From: Octopus vulgaris
Lineage: Eukaryota
Direction of reading: 5' to 3'
DNA: 64,000 nucleotides
Assembly (NCBI GenBank): GCA_951406725.2
Contig: OX597814.1
Span: forward strand, 215,016,001-215,080,000
In this document: positions 1 to 12,522 of the stretch, piece by piece
How positions within the stretch are numbered: position 1 is the first letter of the stretch
Layout: each line of letters opens with the position of its first letter
Program-made: the position numbers and the translations under genes
Notes under the pieces: generated by a model
What the model was told of the DNA's origin: nothing
The model's input: only the letters and a program-made list of their open reading frames with translations
The model's database searches: none

Positions 1-1596
1 TATTTATTCCGGAATCCCAATAAAGAATTAATTGAATAATTATACATACATACATACATACATACATACATACATACATACATACATACATACATACATT
101 ATGGCCATTGCACGAAGCTTAACTGTTACTGGTGCTGTGATCGAATGTGACTTTTTTAGCCCAGCTAAAGATCTACAATGTCTTGTACAAAATTGGCAAC
201 TAAGATCTTTACTGGGCTTCATGTACCTTTGCATGTCATTTAAGTCCTCCTGCCGAATTACACTCTCTTCCACATGCCCGACAGATATGATTAGTATGGT
301 GTGTTACACCACCTCTAGTGGCCAGGTTGTCATTCATCTGTCTCGTTTTATGACTACGAATATTGACTCATGAGTCCAGCTTTACATACATACATACATA
401 CATACATACAAACATGCATACATACATACATACATACATACATACGAACACACACATCCGCACACACACACACACACACACCACTTTGATGTGCACAGTA
501 TAAAGAGACGAGCTACTGATAGTTTTTTTTTGCATTGGAAACGCGAGTCTAGGCAGATTTTTGTAACACGCTTTTGTCTCCAAGAAATTTCAGGCTCTGA
601 GCATCTGGACTAAATATATATGCCGTCTAATCCACATCCCGAGAAAACAAGTGGTTTACGACTTAAAATCTTTTGTTAGATCTTTTAATTCACTAAATGT
701 TTTGTTTTTACTTGAAGTAGAACAATTAATGACAGGAATACAAAAACGTTTTTATTTTCATAAATTACTGATTTTATAATAATTTTAATAAAACCTTGCA
801 AAATTATGTAGTTTATTTGCTTTGTTCATCTTTCATTGTAGAAGCTGCTCGATTTTTGATAGAAATATCTCGCACTTTTGGCAAAGTATTAAAGAGTGAA
901 GTAAAATATGCAAATATATATATGTTACACAACATTTCACTTATTTCACTTGCTTTTTATATTATTTTAACAAATGTCAACATTTTGTCAACGCAATAAA
1001 AAACCGTGTTTTCATTTTGAATTGATTTTTATTGGCTGTTTTAGATACGTTCCTTCACAATATTGAAAGCAAGATAAATAAATAAACTAGTCATTCGTGA
1101 TATCAATTAAGACGTAGAACGTTATTTGGCATGATTAATTTTATATTTTCATAAATGACTAGTCAACATTCACCTTTACCCAAATATTTCAACGTGTGTG
1201 TGTATGCATATGTACACGTGGCAGTGCGAAACTTTGTGTCTATGTATGTGTGTATGTATGCCATGCATTGTGTGTGAACGATTCTTTCTTTGAAGAGCTG
1301 GATTAGTTGACCACCTAAACCCATATGAAACGGAGAAATCAAACTGCTTGCGCGATGGTTCGGTCGCCGCGTTTCGCGTAGTAGAATTGTTGAGTCTGAG
1401 TATTAATTGAGTCTGTGTATTAATTTGCGAATCGGCTGGTGACCTGACCAGGCATCATAAATCAGCCAGTGTTGCTAGGAAGCATACTGCTTAGATGTTA
1501 GATCTATGAAAGAGCTTACAGAACGGAAGCCGGGTTAAAGAACCACCTACATGCACACGTGCTAGGCTCAATAACGAAATAAAACTCTTTTGACAT

Positions 1597-1634
<38 letters not shown>

Positions 1635-1880
1635 GAGAGAGAGCAATTAGCAATCGGCATTCGGTATGTATGTATGTATGTATGTATGTATGTATGTATG
1701 TATGTATTCATGTATGTATGTATGTATGTATGTATGTATGTATGTATGTCATTATTCAATCTTATTCCAAGATTTCTTGCCAATAGAGAAAGAACCGGTT
1801 ACTAACCTAGATCCGAGGCTCTTTCATTGAAATTTCAACAGGGTATGTGCATGCATGTATGTAACTTTGTGGTGTTTATG

Positions 1881-1883
<3 letters not shown>

Positions 1884-1979
<96 letters not shown>

Positions 1980-1997
1980 TGTGTGTGTGTGTGTGTG
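1884..1997. repeat. (GT)n microsatellite, representative of many (also (TACA)n 43-98, (CA)n 7900-8002, (TCTA)n 19075-19160, (TTA)n 38547-38630)
   Basis: Direct inspection. Confidence 0.97.
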
Positions 1998-2949
1998 AAT
2001 GTAATATGAATTTTAATTCTGCATCCTATCTCTAGAAACAGTGACTCTTCTGTCAGGTGCTGAAAACGGAACACTGAGCAAAAGAAAAACTCTGAAACTA
2101 AACACTAGAAATTTACGAGGGTCTGTTTTGAATTTCACAGGGAGGAATTTTGGCATCTGTTGGTAGATCGAAATATATTCATTTATTTTATTTAGGATTA
2201 GAGCACTAATACACATTTGTAAAGTCTGGTGCCTAATATGGAATTGGGTTTGGTGCAGGACACTCCTGGAAGGCAATCTGCGAATAAGGCCTTAGGTTAA
2301 CCTCGGGCAAGTGCTAACAACATTTTTGCTTCTCAAGTCAAGCTTACAGTGCAGTCCAATGCTCACGCAAAACAGATGTAGGAGGATTATGTGCATTCAA
2401 CGGTTGTGATAGTAGGTGATGGTAGCTATCACTAATTGTCGTAAACTGTTTAGCATTGGCTCAAGGTACTGTAACCAAGACCGTGCAGAAACCTGTGCAA
2501 CTCTCTCCAAAATGATGCAAAAATACCACCGACCACCGTATCATCCTTCATACATCAAAGTTCCCAGTCAATCATCTAGTGGCAAGGAGGTCAGGATTGG
2601 GATAATTTAGGGTTTCTAGATATCAAATAGCACGGAGAAGACAGTCTTGTAATGACCATCAAGCATTTGGGCCGAGACTGAAATATCTTTTCGCTGCTTC
2701 AGATACGCCCGAGTAGCCTTCTTTAGACGCCCAACTTGCATTGAAAAGAAGCAAGAAAATATTGTCTCAAATGTTGCCTGTCTTAGCTTCTCCGACTGGA
2801 TACCTTTATTCAGGGGAATCGATCTTTTGCAATTGGAGGCAAATATCCAATCAAATTTAGATTTCGAGGCGTTTGAACTTAGACAAGCTTCGACTATAAC
2901 TAGTAAACTCATTCATATCTAGGGAGTAGGTATTCATATCTAGGCATGT

Positions 2950-3500
2950 TCCAATACTTACATTGTGACCTTAAGTGAGACAAGACTAATCCTTAAAAAA
3001 GGTAGAAGATACATGGCGGCTTACCTATCTTCTTTGGAATATAAAAATCACAAGAAAAGCGGTGCTTATATATAATAGTCTTGCAATCTGCAACAACCAA
3101 GACAATGAGTCACATGATCTGTCTACTGGGATCAGTGAATAAGTCGTGAGGATTCACTTAAATTTTGCAAACTGAAACAGAGACGTGGCAGCTATGAAAG
3201 TTTGTGCATCTATACTTGACTCACGCAGGAGGTTAAAGAGGAATTTACGTTCATTTTTTACTATTTGTAATTACAAAATATGACAAAACATGTTAGATAA
3301 CCTCAGAGCCAAGGTTGGCAAGGATTTCAACTTTTAGAATAGCACAACTGGAAACTATAAAATAATTAAGATGAAATCAAATGTCTCTCTACTGTTAATT
3401 AAATATAGAAAACAACTTAATTACTAACACCTTAGTAGAGCTGGATCAGTCTAACACGTCGGCGCAGGAAACAAACATCTCAACGATAAAACTGAGAACA
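2950..3500 (+). mobile_element. Possible highly decayed LINE (RTE-like) endonuclease fragment
   Basis: Scattered motif remnants (YIVTLSETRL near 2960, EVKEEF, KVGKD, ITN) but no ORF. Confidence 0.35.
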
Positions 3501-3827
3501 GAAGAAAGCAGCGCTAAGAAGCCAATACAGCTCTTTTTCCCCAAGATAATAAACACACTTCACTTGCAACCAGATTTGCAGGTCCTGCATTAGACAACAT
3601 AGCAACATACCTATTCAAAGAAGAAAATATCTGGTGGGCAGTGATTCTCAACACCAAAGGATTGCCAGCAGCTGCCGAGGTTGATAGCTTATTTATTTCT
3701 TGATATTGCAAGTGGAATGGTGTTAGTGTCAGAATATTCTGAAATGCTATTGCTTCTAGTGTTTAAAGGATTGGGTATGAGTGCTATATAACTTGTTAAT
3801 GTATCTGTTGTATCCTCCATCTCCAAA

Positions 3828-4113
3828 TGTCGTGGTACAGCCACGATATTGTGATGAATGGTTTAGATACACTGTACCAGTATAGTAACAGTAAACAAGA
3901 TAACGATGCAGCCGTAATAACAACGTAACGATCCAATAATCTCTACACGAACCAACGATCAATATTCTAAACGAACTAACCAACCGACATCTTCCAGCTT
4001 CATTGCAAACTCAACTTGAACTAACACACAAACTTCACTTCGACTGCTGCTATTTATGATCGCTCGGCCCAGCCTACTTCTCGCAAGGGGGCGTCGTGAC
4101 TCTCATCACAACA
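3828..4113 (-). repeat. 3' LTR of the Gypsy element
   Basis: tgtcgtggtac...ctctcatcacaaca aligns end to end with 6754-6903 plus 7141-7280. Confidence 0.88.
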
Positions 4114-6753
4114 TCTCCCAGTTTGAGATTTCGACTTTCTTAAGAAATGAAATTTATTTTAGGTTTTATTTTTCCCCTCTTTATTTTATTTTCTCCCTCT
4201 ACATTTTTAAAAATCTAATATCTTTTTCATTTTGACATTATTTCTAAGTGTACAGTCTGCTTCCTTTTTCTACTCCTGCTTCTACGAGGTGTAATCTCTT
4301 TCGGTGCTGGCACCTCAAACATGTCACAGCAGATTTCCATTGGTATTTTCTTTCGTTTTTCATTATGTCTCATCTTTAATTGGTTTAGGTGTTTCTTATG
4401 TTCCTAACGTTGTCCTTTAATTACATACATCATGTTCCTTTTAGTTACATAACCATCCTCCGAGCCTTCTTTATCATTTTTGTAAATTTCAAAATTTACT
4501 TTATCTCCCACTTCGAAATGTTTTGTTGCCTTTTCTGTATTTCTTTTAAATCTGTTTTTTCCTGGCAATAATTTTCGAAGATCGATTTTACTATTATCCG
4601 TATTGGGCGTTGCTTTATATACTCTCAAGAATTTCGTTAGCGCTTCGTCATTACCTACGTCATTCCTTGTTTTTTAAAACTCTAGCTTGAAAGTATCGAC
4701 GAATCTTTCTACTTGCCCGTTTGACCTCGGGTGGTAGGGCAGAGTAAAAATACGCTTTATCGCATGTATTTTACAGAAATGTTTGAATTCATGACCTGTA
4801 AATTGTGTTTCATTATCTGATACCGACGTGTCTGGAATACCGTATCGGGCAAATAAATGATATAGGAACTTTATTGTCTTTGCGGTTGGTTTATTGTACC
4901 TGTATACAAAGATTAGATAGTATGCGCCATTCACTATCCAGCGTAGTCTGTCTGTACCCTGGACAACGGACTATCCATATCAAGCCACGATTGGTGTTTC
5001 AATGGCAGTGGGTACTTTAGCAGCTAGCGCACAACCCTACATGCTTTTACACAATTTTGAATGTCCTGGTACATTGTCGGTCAATATACATAGCTCTTCA
5101 TTAAGGTTTTCACTCTCGACATACCCGGGTGCCCTCCATGTGATTCATGCAATACTCGTTTTTGTAGTGTAGTTGGTAGTATCACTCTTTGTGTGTACAT
5201 TAAAACATCGTCGCACAGTGAAAAATTATTCGTATTTGAATTTTCCTTTTGCTTATTTATCAACATTTCTTTCATTCTTGTAATGTGATTGTCCTCTGCG
5301 GATTTTATTTTTTATATCATGCGCTGTCACTAGCAGTCCGTGAATAACATTACACATAATGTTTTAAATCAATTTTTTCTTTAATTCAGCTGCTGCATTT
5401 TTTTCACTGGTGGGGCAGCCATTTAATTTTTTACAGCACGCTCTTATTTGGAGATCCCATAAATTAAATAACTCCAACCAGTCGATACAAAACAGGTTGG
5501 TTGCATTCTTTACGACGAAAACTTTCGCCTTGCAAGTTTTTCCTCGAAATATAACATTCCACATTTCACCTAGAAAGTGTAGCTTGTTACCCATTACGCA
5601 ACGTGCAGTTTTCACTGTTTTTTTAAAACATAAGTTACCCTATTTTCTTCCACGTGTCGGTGTTAATGATTGAAATGTCACTACCAGTATCCAGTTATAA
5701 TTTAATATTTACTCTGTCTACTTTTACTTGTACAAATTTCCTTATTTGGGAGTCGATTTTACTTTCTACTGAGAGCTTTTTAGAATTTTTTTACCTTTGA
5801 CCTTCGTACTTTTGTTCTGCAGTATGAACCCTTGTGTCCTAATTTTTGACAACTGTAAAAGTTTTGGTTTTTAACAGGACAATCTTTTCTGAAATGTAGG
5901 CCTCCACATCCATAACATGGATTAGGACCTAACAATCTTCTTTGGTCATACTTTCTCGGTCGACATATTTGTATTTTTGCGAAATCCTTTTCTTGAATTT
6001 TTCTTACGTCGCGTTTCAGGTTCACCATTCTTTGAAAACTCTTCTGCAACAGTCTGCAGGGTTAAATCTCGGTTCTCTTGTTCAAGTTTTGAAAGAATTC
6101 TTGCCCGTATTTCAGTATCTTCATTTGTTGTAAGACCTTGTACAAAAATGAGGCACTTAAACATCTTAAAATTTTCACACATGTTGCTGTATGCATAATA
6201 AAGTCCTCATCCTCTTTTTTAGTTAAACTCCAACACTCCAATCGAGCGTTAAATAGGGAAGTTTTATCACCGAACATGTTTGACAATAATTTGATTCCTG
6301 AGAACAAATTTCACTCGACTTTTTGGGTAATAGGAAATTGCAGTATCGTTCATGCACAGCCGGGGCTAATTTACGTAATAATAACCTTACTGTTACTTCA
6401 TCCGACCATGCTTTGCAATATTCCTTAAAACTCTCCTCGTATCTTCTGCAGTACACTGCAAAAGTTATACCCACCTCTGGGTTATCTCTGAATTCTGTTA
6501 TAGAGTTCGATACGCCGTAAGCCGAAAACGAACTTGCCGCGTTTTCGGACATCGTTGCGAATAGCTCCAATAATTGTTGTTGTTGTAGTTGTTGCTGTAC
6601 TAGTTGCTTCTGCAACTCCTGTTTCTGTTCTTGTTGTTGCTTTTGCAACTGTATTATAAAAGCTAATAGGTCTTACCTCATTTAACAAGTTGTATCTCGA
6701 ACAAATTGTTAAATAACCTACGTGAGCCAGACGTTGTAAGCTCCGTCTCCAAA

Positions 6754-7280
6754 TATCGTGGTACTGCCATGATATTGTCACGGAATGTTCAGATACACTG
6801 TACCAGTGTGTAGTAAAAGTAAACAAGATAACGATGCAGCCGTAATAACAATGTAGCGATCCAACAATCTCTCCACGAACCAACAATCAGTACTCTAAAC
6901 GAATACTGATTGTATGGCAGAAGCGTTACCATGCCGGGCAAAATGCCAAGCGGTATTTCGTCTGCCGTTACGTTCTGAGTTCAAATTCCGCCGAGGTCGA
7001 CTTTGCCTTTCATCCTTTCGGGGTCGATTAAATAAGTACCAGTTACGCACTGGGGTCGATATAATCGACTTAATCCGTTTGTTTGTCCTCTCTGTGTTTA
7101 GCCCCTTGTGGGTAGTAAAGAAATAAGTATTCTAAACGAACTAACCAACCGACACTTTCTGACTTCATTGCGATCTCAATTCGAACTAACACACAAGCTT
7201 CAATCCCATCGCTACTATTTGCAATCGCTCAGTCCAATCTATTTCTCGCAAGAGGGCGTCGTGACTCTCATCAGCAAACA
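6754..7280 (-). repeat. 5' LTR of the Gypsy element, interrupted by a SINE
   Basis: Homologous to 3828-4113; followed on the - strand by PBS-like TGGAGACGGAG. Confidence 0.88.
6904..7125 (+). mobile_element. SINE family B copy inside the LTR
   Basis: ggcagaagcgtta...gcctttcatcctttcggggtcgat...gtaaagaaata; 15-bp TSD agtaYtctaaacgaa at 6889-6903 and 7126-7140. Confidence 0.9.
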
Positions 7281-7909
7281 ACGCCTTATTTTTTCTTGAC
7301 ACTTTCATTTTAAGAGACAAAGCTTTTTATTTCGGAAGTTGCATGGCAGCTTCTTTCACGCTTCGTTTGTCTACAATATTTTTACATTGTGACTTTTAAT
7401 GGTGTATGACATGTTTTTCATGCTGCTATAACTCGACTTTATAATGTGTGAAAGCCGGGAGAATTTGGAAGATATTTTCTGATCAAGGAGAAAAAATATT
7501 TTCCGGCAGTCAATTTCATGTCAGTATTATACCATATGATACTACTTCTAGTACGCATAGTGTCGTTGCTAGTGGTCGATAACTATTTATTTCTTGATGT
7601 CAGCTACATGTTAACTTTTCGCTGTAACCCGTTAAACTCCATCGGCAGACAATGTGTTTGTCTTCTAGATGATGTTAAAAGAGGAGATGTTATATTGTAT
7701 AAATTCCCTATACCGATCGGTCAGTTTTGGCTAATTCAGTTGGGACTGCTCGATTGGGCTGATTTCGGACTTAATTCTCTGTCAATACATGAGTATTCAC
7801 CATTAAAATCTATGTAAGATTTTACGAATCGCTAATGTGTATAAAAAAAATTAATATAGACAGCCGTATGCAATGTATTATCAAAAAGGAAAACTGTATA
7901 CACACACAC

Positions 7910-8005
<96 letters not shown>

Positions 8006-8204
8006 GAATTCAAGTTACGATGAAAGTAAACAAACTTTGCTTTAGAAGCGTTGGGATGTATTGAAAGATAAAGAAATAATTTATTCTCAAACACAGGATA
8101 ATGCTAATACAACGATTTTTTTCTGCAGTATATGAATAGTTTATCCTGTTCATGCTATTGTGTTAGCATTATCTTGCGTTTGAGAATATTTTTTCTGTAT
8201 CTAC

Positions 8205-8430
8205 ATACAGTTGACATTGAGAGAACACAAAAGACGCAAAAAAGTGTAGGAACAATAAGCAGGTGTATTTGTTTAACGCTCGGGAAAAATGGAAAAGTCT
8301 TTTGCTTTTCGAGTCTTCGCTCTTCGACAGAAAGGATTAAGAGTAAAAATTGGAGAGAAAATTGAAGAAAAAAAGCAGAGCGAGAGAGAAAAAATGTGCA
8401 GAGTTCAATGGTCTACTATGGTGAGATGAC
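8205..8430 (-). mobile_element. Penelope-like terminal fragment with hammerhead-like motif
   Basis: CTGTCGA-A-GAGC-GAAG-ACTC-GAAA at 8330-8306; the flank aligns to 58740-58935. Confidence 0.5.
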
Positions 8431-8457
8431 TAGAAAAAGAGGCTGAATGAAAGGGAG

Positions 8458-8512
<55 letters not shown>

Positions 8513-8530
8513 TAATAATAATAATAATAA

Positions 8531-8910
8531 AGGAATTTGACAAACTTAGTAAATATAAGGACCTGGAAATCGAAATACAAAAGATGTGGAATCTTAAAAC
8601 AAAAACTGTTCCTGTTATTGTAGGTGCCCTAGGTATGATAAAAAAGGGATGTCAGAAACAGCTAGACAATATCCCTGGAGAACCATGTCTCAAGGAAATC
8701 CAAAAGATTGTGCTAACAAGTACTGCCCACATCCTTAGAAAAACCCTATCAATGTAAATGTTTGTGTTGTATTACATGGAGATATTTCTCTACTTCCTCT
8801 CCCCAAGCTTTCAGCTATATTTCAACAACTCTTAACCTTCACTTGCCCTAGGGCGCTGGGTGTGTCCCGGCAAGTGATTGCATCAAACATGCAGATTAAA
8901 AGTAAATGAC
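8531..8910 (+). mobile_element. 5'-truncated R4/Dong-like non-LTR retrotransposon 3' end in (TAA)n
   Basis: KLSKYKDLEIEIQKMWNLKTKTVPVIVGALGMIKK...LRKTL, the C-terminus of a restriction-like-endonuclease clade ORF, plus 3' UTR; (TAA)n on both sides. Confidence 0.85.
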
Positions 8911-8965
<55 letters not shown>

Positions 8966-9839
8966 GTGGTGGTGACTACCCAACGAACTAAGGTGCGCAA
9001 GCTTGGGTGTGTGTATGTGAGAAGGTGTGTGTGAATGTGTATGTGTGAATGGGGCGAGTGAGTCTAACGTGTGTGTGCGTATGTGTTTGTAGCAGTTGAT
9101 GTGTGCTTGTTCAGGTGGTGTGTGCACAAGTGTATGTGTGTGTGTGTCTGTAACCGAACAGTGTGCTTGTTTATAGCGTATGTTTGTGGGTGAAAGTTAT
9201 CTGTCTATGCCTGTTGAGTGTGTTCAGATATAATGTACTTCTGTGGGTGTGGAAGTGTGCATGATGGTGGTGTGTGGCGTGTGTAGTGAGTTAAAGAGTG
9301 TGTGTAGCTATGATTGACCCCCCCCCCACTACTTGACAACCGATGCTGGAGTGTTTATGCTTCCGTAACTTAGCGGTTCGGCAAGGATACCAATAGAATA
9401 ACTACCAAGCTTAAGAAAATAATATAGACAGCCATACATATTCAGGAACATACATATTCAGGAACACACGCACATGCATTTTCAGGACCACACACACGCA
9501 CACACACGCACCACACACAGGCACATACACAGGCACACACACACGCACATACACAGACACACACACACACAGCTTGCAATGTAACTGCGCGATTGTATAT
9601 CAGAAAGTTGCAATTGTTTGACGTTCCCATATTGTTCTCTTTGTTGTTGTTTAACACCAAGTCTTTAAACATTAAACAAACGCAACAATAATTACGTTGA
9701 TCAACTGTACTTATGCTCATAGGTGTTTCAGTTGTAATCATCACTCACTTGGTATATCAGGTACCACATAGTTCAATATGACTTTCCCTTTTAAACGGTT
9801 GGATAGGTGGTGTATGTTTTAAACGTAATTTGGTTTCTA

Positions 9840-11475
9840 CACTGGCGAAAATAAATTTAAGACCGATGATAAAAGTTTCATTTCTTACAAAATATTTTGT
9901 TACTAATACCATACAAATTATTTTTATCTTTTACAACTTATGCAGAATTTATTTCTCTTTTGAATGATGCAGACAATAACTATTTTTATACAACTTGAGG
10001 AATTCCAATGCTAAATTAATATAAACGTTTCAAATTTACTGGCAAAATTAGTTTATGACCATGTAATATGTATGCAAATTTTTTGGTAAAAATGGGTGGT
10101 CACACAACTAGCCTAAATGTACTATATAGTGTAATAATTTAACGTTATTATACAATTGATTAATAATGGGAAAACAACGTAGCCTCAGTCCAGTCACGAG
10201 AGCAAAAATCGTATTACTCCACCAGCAAAAAGTTCCCTTTTCGAACATCAGCAAGGAACTAAAGCGCAGTAAGACGGCTTGCGTGCAAGCGTGGAAGTTA
10301 TATTCAGAGACTGGTCAATATAAAGATCGGCAAAGGACTGGCGCCCGAAGAAAAATGACGGCGCAGTTGGACCGTCGAATCCACCGACTTTCGGAGAATG
10401 CTGAGAGCCGTTGACATTTGTAAACAATTGTCCAACGAGAATGGTGTTATTTTTACACCACAAACCGTCTGCAACCGTTTGAGAGAATTTGGACTACATG
10501 GATGAATCTCTAGGAAAAAGCCAATAATATCCGAAAGAAATCGACTCAAGCGCCTTAATTTCACAAAAAGCCAGCTGAATGGACTGACAAAGATTGGTGC
10601 CGGGTCCTTTGGTGCGACGAGTCATGTGTCTGTATATTTGGATCAGATGGTAAAACAGATGGTAAAACAGACCATCTGATCCAACCGAGGAATTCCATCC
10701 GAAATGCGTGAAAAAGACGGCGCAAGCGGGGGTAGGGAGTGTGATTGTGTGCCCGGCATTTAGTAGCTTTGGTGTTGGCCCTCTAGTTAAAGTTGATGGA
10801 AAGCTAAATAGTGTCGGTTATATGAATCTACTAAAGGATAATTTTCTGCCATATTTGACTCACCAAATGGCTCCGGGGACTATTTATCAGCTGGACAATA
10901 GTCCTTTGCACAAAGCCACAAAGGTTATGGAATTTTTTGATCACAATAATATTGACGTAATCGAATGGTCTCCCCAGAACCCGGACCAGAATCCGATCGA
11001 GAACTTGTGGAATTATGTTTCCAAAAAAGTCCATGCTAAAAAAAAACATGTAATCTAAAAATTATTCGATTATATCAATGAAATATGGTAAAACATTCCC
11101 ATAGAATTTTGCAATCACTTAGCGAATTCAATGCCGAGGCGTTGTTCAGCCGTTGTTAAGAATAAAGGCCAAGGCACAAAGTGCTAATATGTATTTCGTT
11201 CTTGTTACTCATTTTTGCTACAATCTTAAGCTTTAAATAAAATTATAAGGATATGGTCTTAAACTAATTTTGCCAGTAAATTTGAAACGTTTATATTAAT
11301 TTAGCATTAGAATTCTTCAAGTTGTACAACAATAGTTATTGTCTGCATCATTCGAAAGAGAAATAAATTCTGCATAAGGTGTAAAAAATAAAAATAATTT
11401 GTATGGTGTTAGTAACAAAATATTTTGTAAGAAATAGAACGTTTATCATCGGTTTTAAATTTATTTTCGCCAGTG
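9840..11475 (+). mobile_element. Full-length Tc1-family (DD34E) DNA transposon with ~223-bp TIRs; transposase pseudogene
   Basis: TA|CACTGGCGAAAATAAA...TTATTTTCGCCAGTG|TA; TIRs 9840-10062 and 11253-11475. Transposase from ATG 10166 to ~11186 with WCDES, QLDN and WSPQNPDQNPIENLW; contains stops and frameshifts. Confidence 0.95.
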
Positions 11476-12042
11476 TATTACTAGCGGGTTGAGCAATTTA
11501 GTTTATATTCATTCGGGGGTTCATCTTGCTCAATTCTTTTCTTATATTTTTCCTTCCAGATTGTTGACAACATACAAAAATTCTAAAACGGCGCTTGACC
11601 TCACTCGTATTGCACCAAACTGGCGTGGCTTAATACGAAAGTCAATAAAACGAACTTGACAACAATATTTACTTTCACACTGTATTTATTGTATCAATAC
11701 CGTAGCTCTCAATACGTACCTAAACATAAATACGCGCAGCACTTATACTCAGGCGCACAGGTGCGCATTAACGACCGCATTCATTATATTCACTCGCTTA
11801 CTAATAAGAAAAGTTTCGAAAAAAACAAACTGAATACTTTGTCAACACATTACTATCATTCATAATAATCCAAATAAAAGAATCGTGGAACGTTAAGCTT
11901 AACATTACCGTTAATAAAAAGAAATATTAGCAGCAACATTATTAACATCTTTATGTACATTGCTTGAAATAGGAAAGGTCTTTCTAGGACAGGTCTATAA
12001 AGTTGCTGTTTACACATTTTTCGTAATAATAGTTAAATCTGA

Positions 12043-12380
12043 GGCGCATGGCTCAGTGGTTAGAGCGTCGAGCTTACGATCGTGAGGTTGTGAGCTCGAA
12101 TCCCGGACCGGGCTGCGTGTTGTGTTCTTGAGCAAGGCACTTTATTTTCACGTTGCTCCAGTTCACTCAGCTGTAGAAATGAGTTGCGACGTCACAGGTG
12201 CCAATCTGTATCGACCTTTGTCTTTCCCTTGGATAACACTGATGGCGTGGAGAGGGAGGCTGGTATGCATGGGCGACTGCTGGTCTTCCATAAACAACCT
12301 TGCCCGGACTTGTGTCTAGGAGGGTAACTTTCTAGGTGCAATCCCATGGTCATTCATGACCGAAGGGGGTCTTTACCCTT
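12043..12380 (+). mobile_element. SINE family C (tRNA head + CORE/V-like domain)
   Basis: A box TGGCTCAGTGG, B-box-like GCTCGAATCC, ttgagcaaggcactt core; 14-bp TSD tagttaaatctgag (12030, 12381); homologues at 33759 and 35113. Confidence 0.9.
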
Positions 12381-12490
12381 TAGTTAAATCTGAGAGGGGA
12401 ACCGAAACTTGTTTACCGAGTACTTACCTTTGCTGCTGCTGCTGCTGCTACTACTACTACTACTACAACTACTACTACTACTACTACTAC

Positions 12491-12522
<32 letters not shown>

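Larger units (their letters stand above)
3828..7280 (-). mobile_element. Ty3/Gypsy LTR retrotransposon, decayed, lacking RT/RNaseH
   Basis: Two homologous LTRs (3828-4113; 6754-7280, with a SINE inside), TG...CA type ends, purine tract (GGGAGA) next to the 3' LTR. Gag with zinc knuckles (CYGCGGLHFRKDC), protease LDTGSDISII near 5690, integrase (LHESHGGHPGMSRVK; GIPDTSVSDN; PYHPRSNGQVERF). Many frameshifts. Confidence 0.92.

Noticed and set aside
17-1389. 17-bp tandem duplication (gagtctgWgtattaatt x2, about 1392-1425) in a CpG-containing patch
   Set aside because: Too short and common to imply function; no linked gene visible.
32-2074. ORFs rich in YIHT/VCMY/HT/ER repeats (also the poly-Y/L/I ORFs throughout)
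   Set aside because: They are translations of microsatellites that lack stops in some frames; no coding signal.
6223-6648. Poly-Q ORF as a host gene
   Set aside because: It lies between the LTRs directly upstream of the zinc knuckles; it is the gag N-terminus.
12043-12115. tRNA-like sequence (also 33759, 35390-35459 and the family A/B heads)
   Set aside because: The acceptor stem does not pair, and each continues into a SINE body with a TSD; these are SINE heads, not tRNA genes.
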